Positions 1-8,159 are shown, numbered from the stretch's first letter. The stretch is 45,986 nucleotides of DNA from a virus (IMGVR_UViG_3300015050_000968:1-45986); one strand, 5' to 3'. Numbers and translations: made by a program. Notes: generated from the sequence alone by a model not told the origin.

Positions 1-123
1 CAGTCAGTTCGGCCGGCAGCGTGCCGCCGGACAAAGAGAATCGGACCGGCTCACCAACCGCGAGACCGTGAGATGCGAGGTTGACGATGCCAATGGGCGT
101 GCCAGCGGTGAACGTGACCGTCG
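1..123. repeat. Direct terminal repeat, identical to 45864-45986 (circular assembly overlap)
   Basis: cagtcagttc...gtgaccgtcg is identical at both ends, and a coding frame runs continuously across the junction. Confidence 0.95.
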
Positions 124-1123
124 CGGTTCTATCGGCGGTGGGCAGCGCGTTGCTGAACGTCCAGACCCCACTGGCGATGCCGGTGATGCCGTGCGCGGTG
201 GCCCCTGCCGAGTCTGCGATCTCGCTGATCCCGTAGCCGGCGATGCCCTCCTGGAACGTGAAGTCGAGAAACAGGCCGAGGTCCTCGAACGATGTCACCG
301 CGGCGGGCACCACGTATGGCGCCAGCAGCTGCAGGCCGCGACCGTTGAGCGTGTAGGTCGTTGCGGTGCCAGGGAACGGCACGTTCCTCGAGATGGTGTC
401 CTCGACTCCATCGAGCGGGTTCGGCACTGGCTGGTAGGGCGTGAGCACGCGCACCTGCGGGTAGCTCGCCCACTTGAAGTCGTCGCGCATCATGTAGGCG
501 CCGATGGCGGTCTGCGCGGCGGTGCCAGCTGGCACGGTCCACTGCACGCGGACCCACGGGGTCGCGACCACGCTGCCGGATCCGGCCGAGAAGACGACCA
601 GCCCGGCACCGAACGGCTCGATCTTGAGCGTGATGCGCGTCGTGCTGATCACCTCCCTGACGAAGTAGGTGAAGGCGCCCGCCGTGAGCTCGACTGGGAG
701 GCTGGCGCCCGAGAAGATGACCGGCATCCCGACCTTCAGGTTGTGCGCCGACGGGAAGACGATCTCGTCGAGCGTCTCGTCGAACGTCACCGCGAAGGCC
801 GCCGTGGTCCCGGTCGACTTCACCGTGCCGTAGCCAGGGAGCAGCGCAGTGACCGTGCCGAGCCGGATGGTGGCGTTGTTCCACTCGCCGGCGGTGACCG
901 CGGTGTCGAGCTTCAGGTATTCGATGTCGCCGGCGCCTCGCGCGGGCGTCGTCGCTGACGGGATCGAGATCGACGCCAGCGTCAGGCCGACGTCGTCGAG
1001 GTCGATCTCTTGGTAGAGCGCCGCGGCTTCGGCGAGAGTGCCCCACGGTCGGCCGGTGCTCTGACCGGTCCAGAGCAGGACGTATTCATGGGCGTCAGAC
1101 AGGTCGGACAGGTTCTTCAGCAT
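1..1123 (-). CDS. 5' part of origin-spanning SGNH/SASA esterase-tail adaptor fusion (about 1013 aa in total, continues at 45863 down to 43945)
   Basis: Manual translation in frame with ORF 43945-45897 gives MLKNLSDLSDAHEYVLLWTGQS... with no stop; ATG at 1121-1123; GQS motif at 1058-1066; contains an HNLKVGMPV..TYFV module. Absent from the ORF track because it crosses the window edge. Confidence 0.85.
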   Translation of the reverse strand, partial: MLKNLSDLSDAHEYVLLWTGQSTGRPWGTLAEAAALYQEIDLDDVGLTLASISIPSATTPARGAGDIEYLKLDTAVTAGEWNNATIRLGTVTALLPGYGTVKSTGTTAAFAVTFDETLDEIVFPSAHNLKVGMPVIFSGASLPVELTAGAFTYFVREVISTTRITLKIEPFGAGLVVFSAGSGSVVATPWVRVQWTVPAGTAAQTAIGAYMMRDDFKWASYPQVRVLTPYQPVPNPLDGVEDTISRNVPFPGTATTYTLNGRGLQLLAPYVVPAAVTSFEDLGLFLDFTFQEGIAGYGISEIADSAGATAHGITGIASGVWTFSNALPTADRTATVTFTAGTPIGIVNLASHGLAVGEPVRFSLSGGTLPAELT

Positions 1124-1182
1124 GGGGCACCAGACCGCTGTGGGTGCCAGCCAGCGACGCGGCGATCGGTGACCGGCTTCTG

Positions 1183-1380
1183 CTACTCGGACTGCGTCGA
1201 AACGTCAGCAGCGGGCACCGTGGCTCGCTTGGCGCGGCGCTTCGGCTCTTCCGGCTCGGGGTCGAGCACGATGAACGGGCCCTGCCCCTTGATGGGGCGA
1301 GGACCGTCGTAGTCGAACTCGGTGCCGGCGATCCGGTAGTGGTTGTCGATGTAGCAGTCCATCGTGGCGCGCACTCGCAT
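1183..1380 (-). CDS. Small hypothetical virion-region protein (65 aa)
   Basis: MRVRATMDCYIDNHYRIAGTEFDYDG...; ATG overlaps the upstream stop (TGATG); position after the cement genes is typical of BPP-1-like phages. Confidence 0.7.
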   Translation of the reverse strand: MRVRATMDCYIDNHYRIAGTEFDYDGPRPIKGQGPFIVLDPEPEEPKRRAKRATVPAADVSTQSE

Positions 1381-2006
1381 CAGCGCACCTTCATCCGGCT
1401 GGCGAAGATGTAGTCGGCGGGGTTCTTGATCTGGTTGCCCAGCAGACCGCCGCGGACCTTCATGGCCCCGGCCGAGAAATACTGGTCGCCGGTCGCAGTC
1501 TGCGGTAGCCCAGTGGCGGTGACCATCATGTAGTTTGGGATGATCAGGGTGGGTTCGAACGAGACGTTCTGCTGGGTCGGGGAAGCACCGGAGAAGCTGA
1601 TCGGGTGCGGGGTGAACGGTGGCACGATGACGAAGTGCTTGGCCCCGAGCGTCAGCGAGGCTGCTGGCAGCCCAACGACCGCGTGCGTGGTGCCAGCGCT
1701 GTAGGCAATCGCGTTCGCAGCAGCCGTGCCGAAGCTGTAGAACGGGCCGGGAGCGGCGCTGCCGTTGTAGGTCAAGGCGACAGCGAGCTGAACAACGGGG
1801 AAGTTGACCCCGACGAATGCAGTCGTGACCTCGAACTCGAAGATGACCGGCTCGCCAGACCCCAGCCACGTCCCGATACCGTCGGACCCGTTGGTGGTGC
1901 TGCCGTAGACGTTGCCCGCGTTGGCGACGAAGGCCGTAATACCGGACGGCAGTCCGGCTGCTGGGACGGTGACCGTCCACTCGAGAAGGTTGTCGAAGAT
2001 TGCCAT
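1380..2006 (-). CDS. Second Bbp16-like capsid cement/decoration protein (208 aa)
   Basis: MAIFDNLL...GSGEPVIFEFEVTTAF...ASLTLGAK...FSAGAMKV resembles the Bbp16 jelly-roll pattern; AGGA RBS before ATG at 2006. Confidence 0.6.
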   Translation of the reverse strand: MAIFDNLLEWTVTVPAAGLPSGITAFVANAGNVYGSTTNGSDGIGTWLGSGEPVIFEFEVTTAFVGVNFPVVQLAVALTYNGSAAPGPFYSFGTAAANAIAYSAGTTHAVVGLPAASLTLGAKHFVIVPPFTPHPISFSGASPTQQNVSFEPTLIIPNYMMVTATGLPQTATGDQYFSAGAMKVRGGLLGNQIKNPADYIFASRMKVR

Positions 2007-2064
2007 GTGCTGTCCTGTTGTGCGTGGTTGGCGGCCCACCGGTCACCCGGCAGGCCGCGGGTGG

Positions 2065-3105
2065 TCAGCGGATGACCTGCGCAGTCGGGTAGAAGGTGCG
2101 ACCGCCGTTCACATCACCGACGAGGTTGACGCGGAACTTGCCCGCGGTGCACGCGGCCGACGTCACGAACCGACAGCCCAGAGCTCGGCCGGCCGGACGC
2201 GCCAAGCCCAGCGAAGTTGCGATCCCCATGATCTGCCGGGGGTTCGCTGTGAACGTGATCTCGGCACCGGCTACCAGGGTGCCGACAATCATGGGGCCCG
2301 AGGACCCGATCACCGTGCCAGGGCAGTAGACGGTCAGCACGCCGTTGGTGTCGGTCAGCGCGCCCTGGTCGACGATGACCGGAGTGGTTGCGGTCGCGTT
2401 GGCCAGGGTCGTCGAGACCGCGAAGGTGTCGTCGGTCAACCGCACTACGAAGTAGGTGATGTTGGTCGTGACGCCAGACGCCGTCGCGGCGCCCTTCTGG
2501 AACCGAACCGGGGTGCCGGTCGCCATGCCGTGCCCAGCGACGGTGAAGCTCTCGATCAGAGCCGTGCCGTCCATCGCGGTGACGAGGGCGAACTCGCCCT
2601 GCACGTAGCTCGTGACGGTCGGGCTGCCAGTCGACGCAGCCGACGCGTTGATGCACGTCGCGGCCATCGCGTTGTCGACCGAGGTCGACAGGTTGTAGGT
2701 GTTCGCGGTCAGCCTGACGACGTAGTAGGTCGTGCCGGCCACGAAGTTGGCGTCGAGCGTGCCGCCGTTCAACGCGAGCGTCACCGGCGTGCCGGTGATG
2801 AAGCCGTGCGCGGTCGTGGTGAAGACCGCCGGCGAAGCGAGCGTGTGCGTGGCCGTGCGCGCGGCGACAGCTGCAACGATCGGCAGCTGGTAGGTGACAG
2901 CCTGCACGTCGACCGTGGTGTTGGTCGAAGACGCAGCAACCGTCGTGGCGACGACCGCCTGGAACTTGAGGTTCAGGCCCGCCCCGATGTCCGTGCCGCC
3001 CCGAATGGTGGGCAGATCCGTGAAGATGCTCGCGCCGTTCCTGGTGACGGTGAGCGTCTCGCCGGTGCCCACGTCGAGCGTGAGCGCATTGTCAGTGAAT
3101 CCCAT
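2065..3105 (-). CDS. Bbp16-like capsid cement protein with two inserted beta-rich modules (346 aa)
   Basis: Lies directly after the capsid gene; N-terminus (DIGAGLNLKFQAVV) and C-terminus (SSGPMIVGTLVAG...TAGKFRVNLV...FYP) resemble Bbp16; GAGGA RBS. Confidence 0.75.
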   Translation of the reverse strand: MGFTDNALTLDVGTGETLTVTRNGASIFTDLPTIRGGTDIGAGLNLKFQAVVATTVAASSTNTTVDVQAVTYQLPIVAAVAARTATHTLASPAVFTTTAHGFITGTPVTLALNGGTLDANFVAGTTYYVVRLTANTYNLSTSVDNAMAATCINASAASTGSPTVTSYVQGEFALVTAMDGTALIESFTVAGHGMATGTPVRFQKGAATASGVTTNITYFVVRLTDDTFAVSTTLANATATTPVIVDQGALTDTNGVLTVYCPGTVIGSSGPMIVGTLVAGAEITFTANPRQIMGIATSLGLARPAGRALGCRFVTSAACTAGKFRVNLVGDVNGGRTFYPTAQVIR

Positions 3106-3135
3106 GTGTGTGTCCTCTTCTGTGTGTTGTGGTTG

Positions 3136-3164
3136 GGCCCCAGCCTCACGATGAAGCCGGGGCC
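3136..3164 (-). promoter_or_regulatory. 13-bp stem-loop after the capsid gene (no U-tract; possible mRNA stabiliser or attenuator)
   Basis: GGCCCCGGCTTCA-TCG-TGAGGCTGGGGCC on the minus strand, including two G-U pairs. Confidence 0.55.
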
Positions 3165-3170
3165 GTCAGA

Positions 3171-4196
3171 TCAGCTGACGAGGGCCTCGGTGTTGACGAT
3201 CGCGTCGCACTGACGGATCGGGATTCCAAGGAACGACAACATCGACTGCGGCGTTCCGAACTGGGTGGCCGCGGCCTGGATGGTGAGACCGCTCGCAGCG
3301 CCCTTCTCCATCGCGGTGCGCAGCAGCGCGGTGAAGACCGTGCGGTTCATGTAGAAGACGCACCGGCCCATCGCCGTGTTCGGGATGCGCGCGATCGCCT
3401 TCGCCAACAGGTGGATGATGTTGGTCGTGACAGTGGTCGCCCACACGCCACTCAGCTCCTGGATGCCGGTGCTCGCAGCAACCTCGAGGTTGCAGACGCG
3501 GACCGCGTAGCGCCAGTCCTTGACCACGAGACCGGTCTTCCACTGGAAGCGCTCGGCCATGACCTCGAGCCGCAGGCCCGTGCCGCCGGCGTCGTAGGAC
3601 GTCTGCCGCTTCAGGTCCTCCTGGAGCAGACCAGCCTTGCTGCCCTTCGGGAAGGGCATGAACACCGTCTGATCCGACCAGCAGATCAGCCAGACCGAGG
3701 TCTGGACGTTCGCTGCGGTGCCGCCACCGAGGATGATGTTCTGGCCGTTGCCAGCCGCGGTGCTCGAGTAGCGCGCTGCGAGGCCGAGGAACTGCTTCGG
3801 GTCCGTCGCCGGGTTGCCGTAGAAGACGCCAGTCGCCATCGTCTGGTTCATCGCCTCGAGGAACAGGCGAGCTTCCGACATGCGGAACTCGGCGGTGTTG
3901 CCGTTCAGCATGAGCAGGTCGATGTCGACCTCCGAACGGGCCTCGAGGATCGAGCACGATTCGTCGACCTGCGCGGTCGTCGCCTTGCTCGTCGGGATGC
4001 CCTGGTTCAGGGCGCGGTAGTAGACCGTCGGCAGGCCGGTCGCGATCGTGACGCGGTGGCCGGTCGGCAGGTTGCCCTGCACAACGGTGGCATCCGTCAG
4101 GATGGCGTTGGTCTGGGCCAGGATGTTCGCGATCACGGGGACGCTGCCGTCCGGGTCAACGCGCTTGCTCCAATCGATCAGTGTCAGGTTTGCCAT
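3171..4196 (-). CDS. Major capsid protein, BPP-1 Bbp17-like (341 aa)
   Basis: GNLPTGHRVTIATGLP, FLEAMNQ, FYGN..DPKQFLGLAARY, VVKDWRYAVRVCN and FLGIPIRQCDAIVNTE are characteristic of this family. Confidence 0.95.
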   Translation of the reverse strand: MANLTLIDWSKRVDPDGSVPVIANILAQTNAILTDATVVQGNLPTGHRVTIATGLPTVYYRALNQGIPTSKATTAQVDESCSILEARSEVDIDLLMLNGNTAEFRMSEARLFLEAMNQTMATGVFYGNPATDPKQFLGLAARYSSTAAGNGQNIILGGGTAANVQTSVWLICWSDQTVFMPFPKGSKAGLLQEDLKRQTSYDAGGTGLRLEVMAERFQWKTGLVVKDWRYAVRVCNLEVAASTGIQELSGVWATTVTTNIIHLLAKAIARIPNTAMGRCVFYMNRTVFTALLRTAMEKGAASGLTIQAAATQFGTPQSMLSFLGIPIRQCDAIVNTEALVS

Positions 4197-4233
4197 TGCT
4201 CAGCTCGCTTCTCTTCTGTGGGGTTGGTGGGCC

Positions 4234-4848
4234 TCACCCGTTCGGGTAGAGGCGCCGTGCGTTCCCAGCGTCGTCGTTCGGGTCGAACGACTGGTTCCCG
4301 CTGTTCCCGCTTACGAATCCATCTGGTTTCACGGTCTTGCCGATCTTGGCCAGCACGCGGATCACCTCGGGGTGATTGCCCATCGGGCCATCCAGCAGCT
4401 TCTGGAGCTCGGGCGTGCCGAACGCCTTCAACGCTCGCTGGCTGTCAGCCAGTGACGCGTCGAGGTTCTTGCCCCCGATCTCCTTGTCGTTGCGGGCCTC
4501 GTCGGCCCACTTCGCTGCGCGCTGGACCTGCTGCTCGGACTCCCGGCCGTGCATGGTCGGGAGCATGTAGTCGAGCATCTGCTGCGCCTTCTCCTGCGAC
4601 AGCCCCAGCTCCCGAGCCTTCTCGGTGAACGAGGCGAGCACCTTGTCGTCGGGCGCGTAGTCGTCCGGCAGTCCCTTCGGAGTCTTGAACTCGTAGGCTT
4701 CCGGCGGGCCATCGCTCTTCGACTTGGTGTCCTTGCTGTCAGCAGGCTTCGCATCGCCGACAGGCTTGCCCTGGTCGGTCGACTGCTTCGCCGGCACTTC
4801 TTGCCCCGCAGTGGTTGGTGTTGCTTCGGTCGCGAGAAGAGCACTCAT
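4234..4848 (-). CDS. Capsid scaffolding protein (Bbp18-like, 204 aa)
   Basis: PEAYEFK..., LGLSQEKAQ, GNHPEVIRVLAKIG, C-terminal LYPN; immediately upstream of the capsid gene. Confidence 0.85.
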   Translation of the reverse strand: MSALLATEATPTTAGQEVPAKQSTDQGKPVGDAKPADSKDTKSKSDGPPEAYEFKTPKGLPDDYAPDDKVLASFTEKARELGLSQEKAQQMLDYMLPTMHGRESEQQVQRAAKWADEARNDKEIGGKNLDASLADSQRALKAFGTPELQKLLDGPMGNHPEVIRVLAKIGKTVKPDGFVSGNSGNQSFDPNDDAGNARRLYPNG

Positions 4849-5201
4849 TCGTCAGACTCCTTCATCAGTAACTGGAAGGACTCGAGCGGGATCTCGCCGG
4901 AGGCGAGTAGCCGGGTGATCGAGGAGAAGAGCTGCAGTCCGCGGACGCGCAGCCCCTCCTGGAAGCACATCTGCCCGTAGTTGCTGTGGAACGACGAGCC
5001 GATCTGGCCGAGGCTGACCCCGGCATCGCGCAGCTGGCGGCGCACGCAGCGCCGGCCCCTGAGTCCCGAGAGCAGCCACACGATGTCGTCGTCGCTGTTG
5101 TCAGCCACGACCTTCGCGTGCTCACGGCGCGCGTCGGCCCGCTCCTGCTGACCGTCAAGGTCAGTCGGGTCGTGCTCCCACTCGGTGAACTTGCTGCTCA
5201 T
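4845..5201 (-). CDS. Bbp19-like head morphogenesis protein (118 aa)
   Basis: DDIVWLLSGLRGRR...SFHSN..MCFQEG.R..GL pattern; synteny upstream of the scaffold gene. Confidence 0.75.
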   Translation of the reverse strand: MSSKFTEWEHDPTDLDGQQERADARREHAKVVADNSDDDIVWLLSGLRGRRCVRRQLRDAGVSLGQIGSSFHSNYGQMCFQEGLRVRGLQLFSSITRLLASGEIPLESFQLLMKESDE

Positions 5202-5261
5202 CCACCGGAGCGTGCGGCGCGCTTGGATTCCCACCAAGGCGCCCGCAATTCCCGCTATCAG

Positions 5262-5513
5262 CTACCGAGGCCGGCGGAGCAGCACGCGATCCTTGGCGTG
5301 CTCAAGGCGTAGGACTAGGGTCCGCGCGGCGAGGCCGAGCTCGTTGTCGGCGTCGCGGATCCGGCCAGCTGCCAGCTCGAGGTCAGCCTGCACCTCGGTC
5401 AGCACCTCGGCGATCATGGCGCGCGCGATGGCGTCGGACAGGCCACCGAGCATGGCGATGCGATCGACCAGCCCGGTGCCGATGCGCTTGGGGTTCTTGC
5501 GAACTGCGGCCAC
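5262..5513 (-). CDS. Hypothetical helical protein (83 aa)
   Basis: GC3-rich ORF with GTG start, tiled between neighbours. Confidence 0.55.
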   Translation of the reverse strand: MAAVRKNPKRIGTGLVDRIAMLGGLSDAIARAMIAEVLTEVQADLELAAGRIRDADNELGLAARTLVLRLEHAKDRVLLRRPR

Positions 5514-5515
5514 CG

Positions 5516-5851
5516 CTACTTCGCAGCGACCGGTTCGCCGCGCGCGCGCCGCATCGAGTTGCGCTTGATGTTCGTCGCCACGTAGCCGCCGACGCCGCCG
5601 ATCAGGCCGCTGGCGATCGCGATCGCGTCAGTCACCCAGGTGACCGGGGTCAGCGCTGCGACCAGCGCGTTGAACTGCTCGAGCGACAGAACGCCGCGCT
5701 CGTAGAGGTCCCGCAACACGCCAATCGCTTCGGTCTGGCGCGGCGTCATGCACGACGTGGTGAGCAGCAGGAACAGCATCATCGTGACGACCAGGAGCAC
5801 GGTGCGCTCCATCCGTCGGGTCGATGCGAGGAACACGGGGTCTACGTTCAC
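5516..5851 (-). CDS. Putative lipoprotein with SHOCT-like segment and C-terminal TM helix (possible lysis/spanin-like protein)
   Basis: Hydrophobic signal ending LLTTSC, then LRDLYERGVLSLEQF, then a hydrophobic helix and a basic tail; alternative ATG at 5812. Confidence 0.6.
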   Translation of the reverse strand: MNVDPVFLASTRRMERTVLLVVTMMLFLLLTTSCMTPRQTEAIGVLRDLYERGVLSLEQFNALVAALTPVTWVTDAIAIASGLIGGVGGYVATNIKRNSMRRARGEPVAAK

Positions 5852-6102
5852 GGGTTGTGCCTCTGCTCCAGGCGTTCAATGGCATCGGTCTGCCGCTCGA
5901 GCTTGCTGGTCAGCTCGTCGAGACGGCGGTCGTGGCTCGCGATCGCGTCCTTGATCTCGGTCAGCGCTTTGAGCACGCCGGCCGAGAAGGAGCGCGCGAG
6001 GTCCATGAACGATCGCCCACCGAGCACGATGACGATGAGGAACGCAACCCAGCCGCCGAGGTCCTGGACAGCGGAGAAGTCGAAGTCAGTGGTCGTCATC
6101 AC
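5848..6102 (-). CDS. Small membrane protein, TM plus coiled coil (holin-like candidate)
   Basis: LGGWVAFLIVIVLGG TM followed by heptad-rich IASHDRRLDELTSKLERQ. Confidence 0.55.
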   Translation of the reverse strand: MMTTTDFDFSAVQDLGGWVAFLIVIVLGGRSFMDLARSFSAGVLKALTEIKDAIASHDRRLDELTSKLERQTDAIERLEQRHNP

Positions 6103-6419
6103 AGGCCCCCTGGAACGATGATCTTGCCGGCGTCGGACTGATGGTCCTGGGCCCAGTTCAGCTGCAGGCCCACGACCTTGCCGAGCTGCTGCGCGACGAA
6201 CAGCAGCCCGACGAACATCCGGTTCGCGTCGATCTTCGACGAGGTCGAGACCGCGGTGGACATCGCCCGGCAGGTGATCAGCGTCGCGCCCTCGTTGGGG
6301 AACAACCGATCGAGCGCGTATCGCCGACGGTTGGGGTCCTCGCTCCTCAGGCCGGCGACGATGTCGGTGTCGGTGAGGACGGGGCGGTCTTCGAACTTAA
6401 CGTCTTCGGCGATGCTCAT
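6099..6419 (-). CDS. Hypothetical protein (106 aa)
   Basis: GC3-rich ORF, coupled to the downstream gene by a GTGA overlap. Confidence 0.65.
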   Translation of the reverse strand: MSIAEDVKFEDRPVLTDTDIVAGLRSEDPNRRRYALDRLFPNEGATLITCRAMSTAVSTSSKIDANRMFVGLLFVAQQLGKVVGLQLNWAQDHQSDAGKIIVPGGL

Positions 6420-6428
6420 AGGTGGATC

Positions 6429-7652
6429 TCAGGAGGACAGGAAGGTGGCGTCGACACGCGCCCGAGGCGCATCGCACGATGGGCCAGCCAGAGTAATCAT
6501 CCACTCCTGGCCAGCAAGAAGCGTGACAGGCGTCGACCACTCGCCAACGGTCACGATGACCATGGCTGGAGCGACCAGCGTCACCGCAGTGCCCGTGACG
6601 GTGTAGACGCCAGGGTCGACCGCGAGCGTGTAGGTGGTGCTGCTGAGCGTGAACGTGACGTCGGTGCCCGTCAGCGTGTAGGCGCCCGGATCGACCACGA
6701 TCAGCCTGCCCAAGAGCAGGTCGACCGAGGTGCCCGTCAGCGAGTAGCTGCCAACGTCGACGACGAGCGTGTAGCCGCGAACGAAGTCGACTGCCGTGCC
6801 GGTCAGCGCGTAGACGCCGGGGTCGACCACCATCGACCGCGCCCACACGAAGTCGACCGCCGTGCCAGTCAGCGCATAGCTGCCGACATCAGCAGCCAGC
6901 GAGTAGGCGCGCAGGAAGTCGACGGTGGTGCCGGTGAGGGCGTAGCTGCCGACGTCGACGGCCAGCGTGTAGGTCGGTCCGGTTGCTGCCGGTGGGAGGA
7001 ACCAGATCGGGTCGCCGTCACCGAATGCGACATCGGGTGGATCTTCGTCGGTCGGGGTGTTGTTCTCGGTCCAGTCGTGGCCCTTGCCCGAGAAGTCCTT
7101 GGCTCGCGTCGCACCGGCGAGGAACGGCCAGACGCCGTAGAGCGACAGGGCGCTGACGGGAAGCGCCTGCTTGGACTCGGCGGTCAGTTCGGCGACTGTC
7201 AGGGCGCGGGTCCACGCCTTCCAGCCCCAGCGGCGCTGGTCGGCGTATCCGCCTCCTTCATATTCTCCAAGAGTGAGGATCGCAGCGGCAGTGCGCCCTG
7301 TGATGTCCCTGGCGTTGCTACATACGGAGACGCCATCGTAGAACACTTCAAAAGAGGTGACTGACGACCGAACGACGGCGACATGAATCCAAACCCCTGC
7401 CGCCGTCGTCCCTCCGGTTCCAGCAGTAAACGTCCCGCCAACCGACGAGTAGCACCTAGAATCGCCAGTTCCTGCATGAAGAACGTCGCTATCGTTCCAA
7501 TCGCTGACAGCACCAGCATGGAAGATGCCCTGATTTATCCCGTTGGTGACGAGGTAGACCCACCCGGCCACCGTGTAGGCGGCGTTGATGTCGAAGATCC
7601 CCGTCGTGATCGACAGGTATTCGCTGTTGGCCCTGGTGAGTCTCAGCGCCAT
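6429..7652 (-). CDS. LamG/concanavalin-A-like lectin domain protein with tandem-repeat stalk (fibre/adhesin candidate, 407 aa)
   Basis: YTVAGWVY...WIHVAVVR...VFYDG...WTRALTVAEL is a LamG_3-like signature; C-terminal repeats. Confidence 0.8.
   Translation of the reverse strand: MALRLTRANSEYLSITTGIFDINAAYTVAGWVYLVTNGINQGIFHAGAVSDWNDSDVLHAGTGDSRCYSSVGGTFTAGTGGTTAAGVWIHVAVVRSSVTSFEVFYDGVSVCSNARDITGRTAAAILTLGEYEGGGYADQRRWGWKAWTRALTVAELTAESKQALPVSALSLYGVWPFLAGATRAKDFSGKGHDWTENNTPTDEDPPDVAFGDGDPIWFLPPAATGPTYTLAVDVGSYALTGTTVDFLRAYSLAADVGSYALTGTAVDFVWARSMVVDPGVYALTGTAVDFVRGYTLVVDVGSYSLTGTSVDLLLGRLIVVDPGAYTLTGTDVTFTLSSTTYTLAVDPGVYTVTGTAVTLVAPAMVIVTVGEWSTPVTLLAGQEWMITLAGPSCDAPRARVDATFLSS
6567..6972 (-). 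repeat. Six tandem ~21-aa (about 60-66 bp) intragenic repeats, consensus YTLAVDxGxYxLTGTxVDF
   Basis: Visible at both protein and DNA level (gtcgac...gtgccggtcagcgcgtag units). Confidence 0.85.
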
Positions 7653-7655
7653 GGA

Positions 7656-8159
7656 TCAGGTGTCGCTGTATTCGATGACCAAGCCGGTGAACTGCCCGTC
7701 GCCGCTCATGTTGTCGCCCGCTTCGTCGATCTTGCGTCGCAGCCTGATCCACGTCATGTCACCGTTCGCCAGCGAGTCCAAGCTGGTGACCGTGCAGGTG
7801 GTTTCCACGGGGCCGTGCGCGGTGCTGCTTGCGGTCCCGACAGTCAGCGCCTCGGTGTTCCAGGCCAAGCCCGTTTCGAGGTTCAGGGCGGCGGCGGCAG
7901 TCACGCGCTCGATGGTCACGCCCCACGACGCACCGTTGGCAGTCTCGGTGTCGGAATACCAGCGCACCTTGCCGGTGATGTTGCCGCTGCCGTAGTTGAG
8001 CAGTGCGGGCACCTGCCACTGGCAGCCCTCGGTGGTGGCCGCGTCGAAGGCTAGGCTCTCGACGCTGACCGACGAACCGGCTTGCTTGTATTCGGGCATC
8101 GTCACGCCGGGGATTGCCCTAGCAGTGCCCGGCGAGAGAGTGAATCGCGTGGTGCCCAT
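7656..8159 (-). CDS. Hypothetical beta-rich virion-associated protein (167 aa)
   Basis: Start MGTTRFTL at 8159 with GGGAG upstream, overlapping the previous stop; beta-sandwich-like composition. Confidence 0.65.
   Translation of the reverse strand: MGTTRFTLSPGTARAIPGVTMPEYKQAGSSVSVESLAFDAATTEGCQWQVPALLNYGSGNITGKVRWYSDTETANGASWGVTIERVTAAAALNLETGLAWNTEALTVGTASSTAHGPVETTCTVTSLDSLANGDMTWIRLRRKIDEAGDNMSGDGQFTGLVIEYSDT

Noticed and set aside
129-1046. 305-aa minus-strand ORF in the track
   Set aside because: Arg-rich off-frame shadow; the real frame is the origin-spanning gene starting at 1123
3136-3164. Rho-independent terminator
   Set aside because: Strong stem but no U-tract on the coding strand; kept only as a regulatory hairpin
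6567-6972. CRISPR-like array
   Set aside because: The repeats are degenerate, in-frame coding units without unique spacers; the Cas4-like gene belongs to the recombination module
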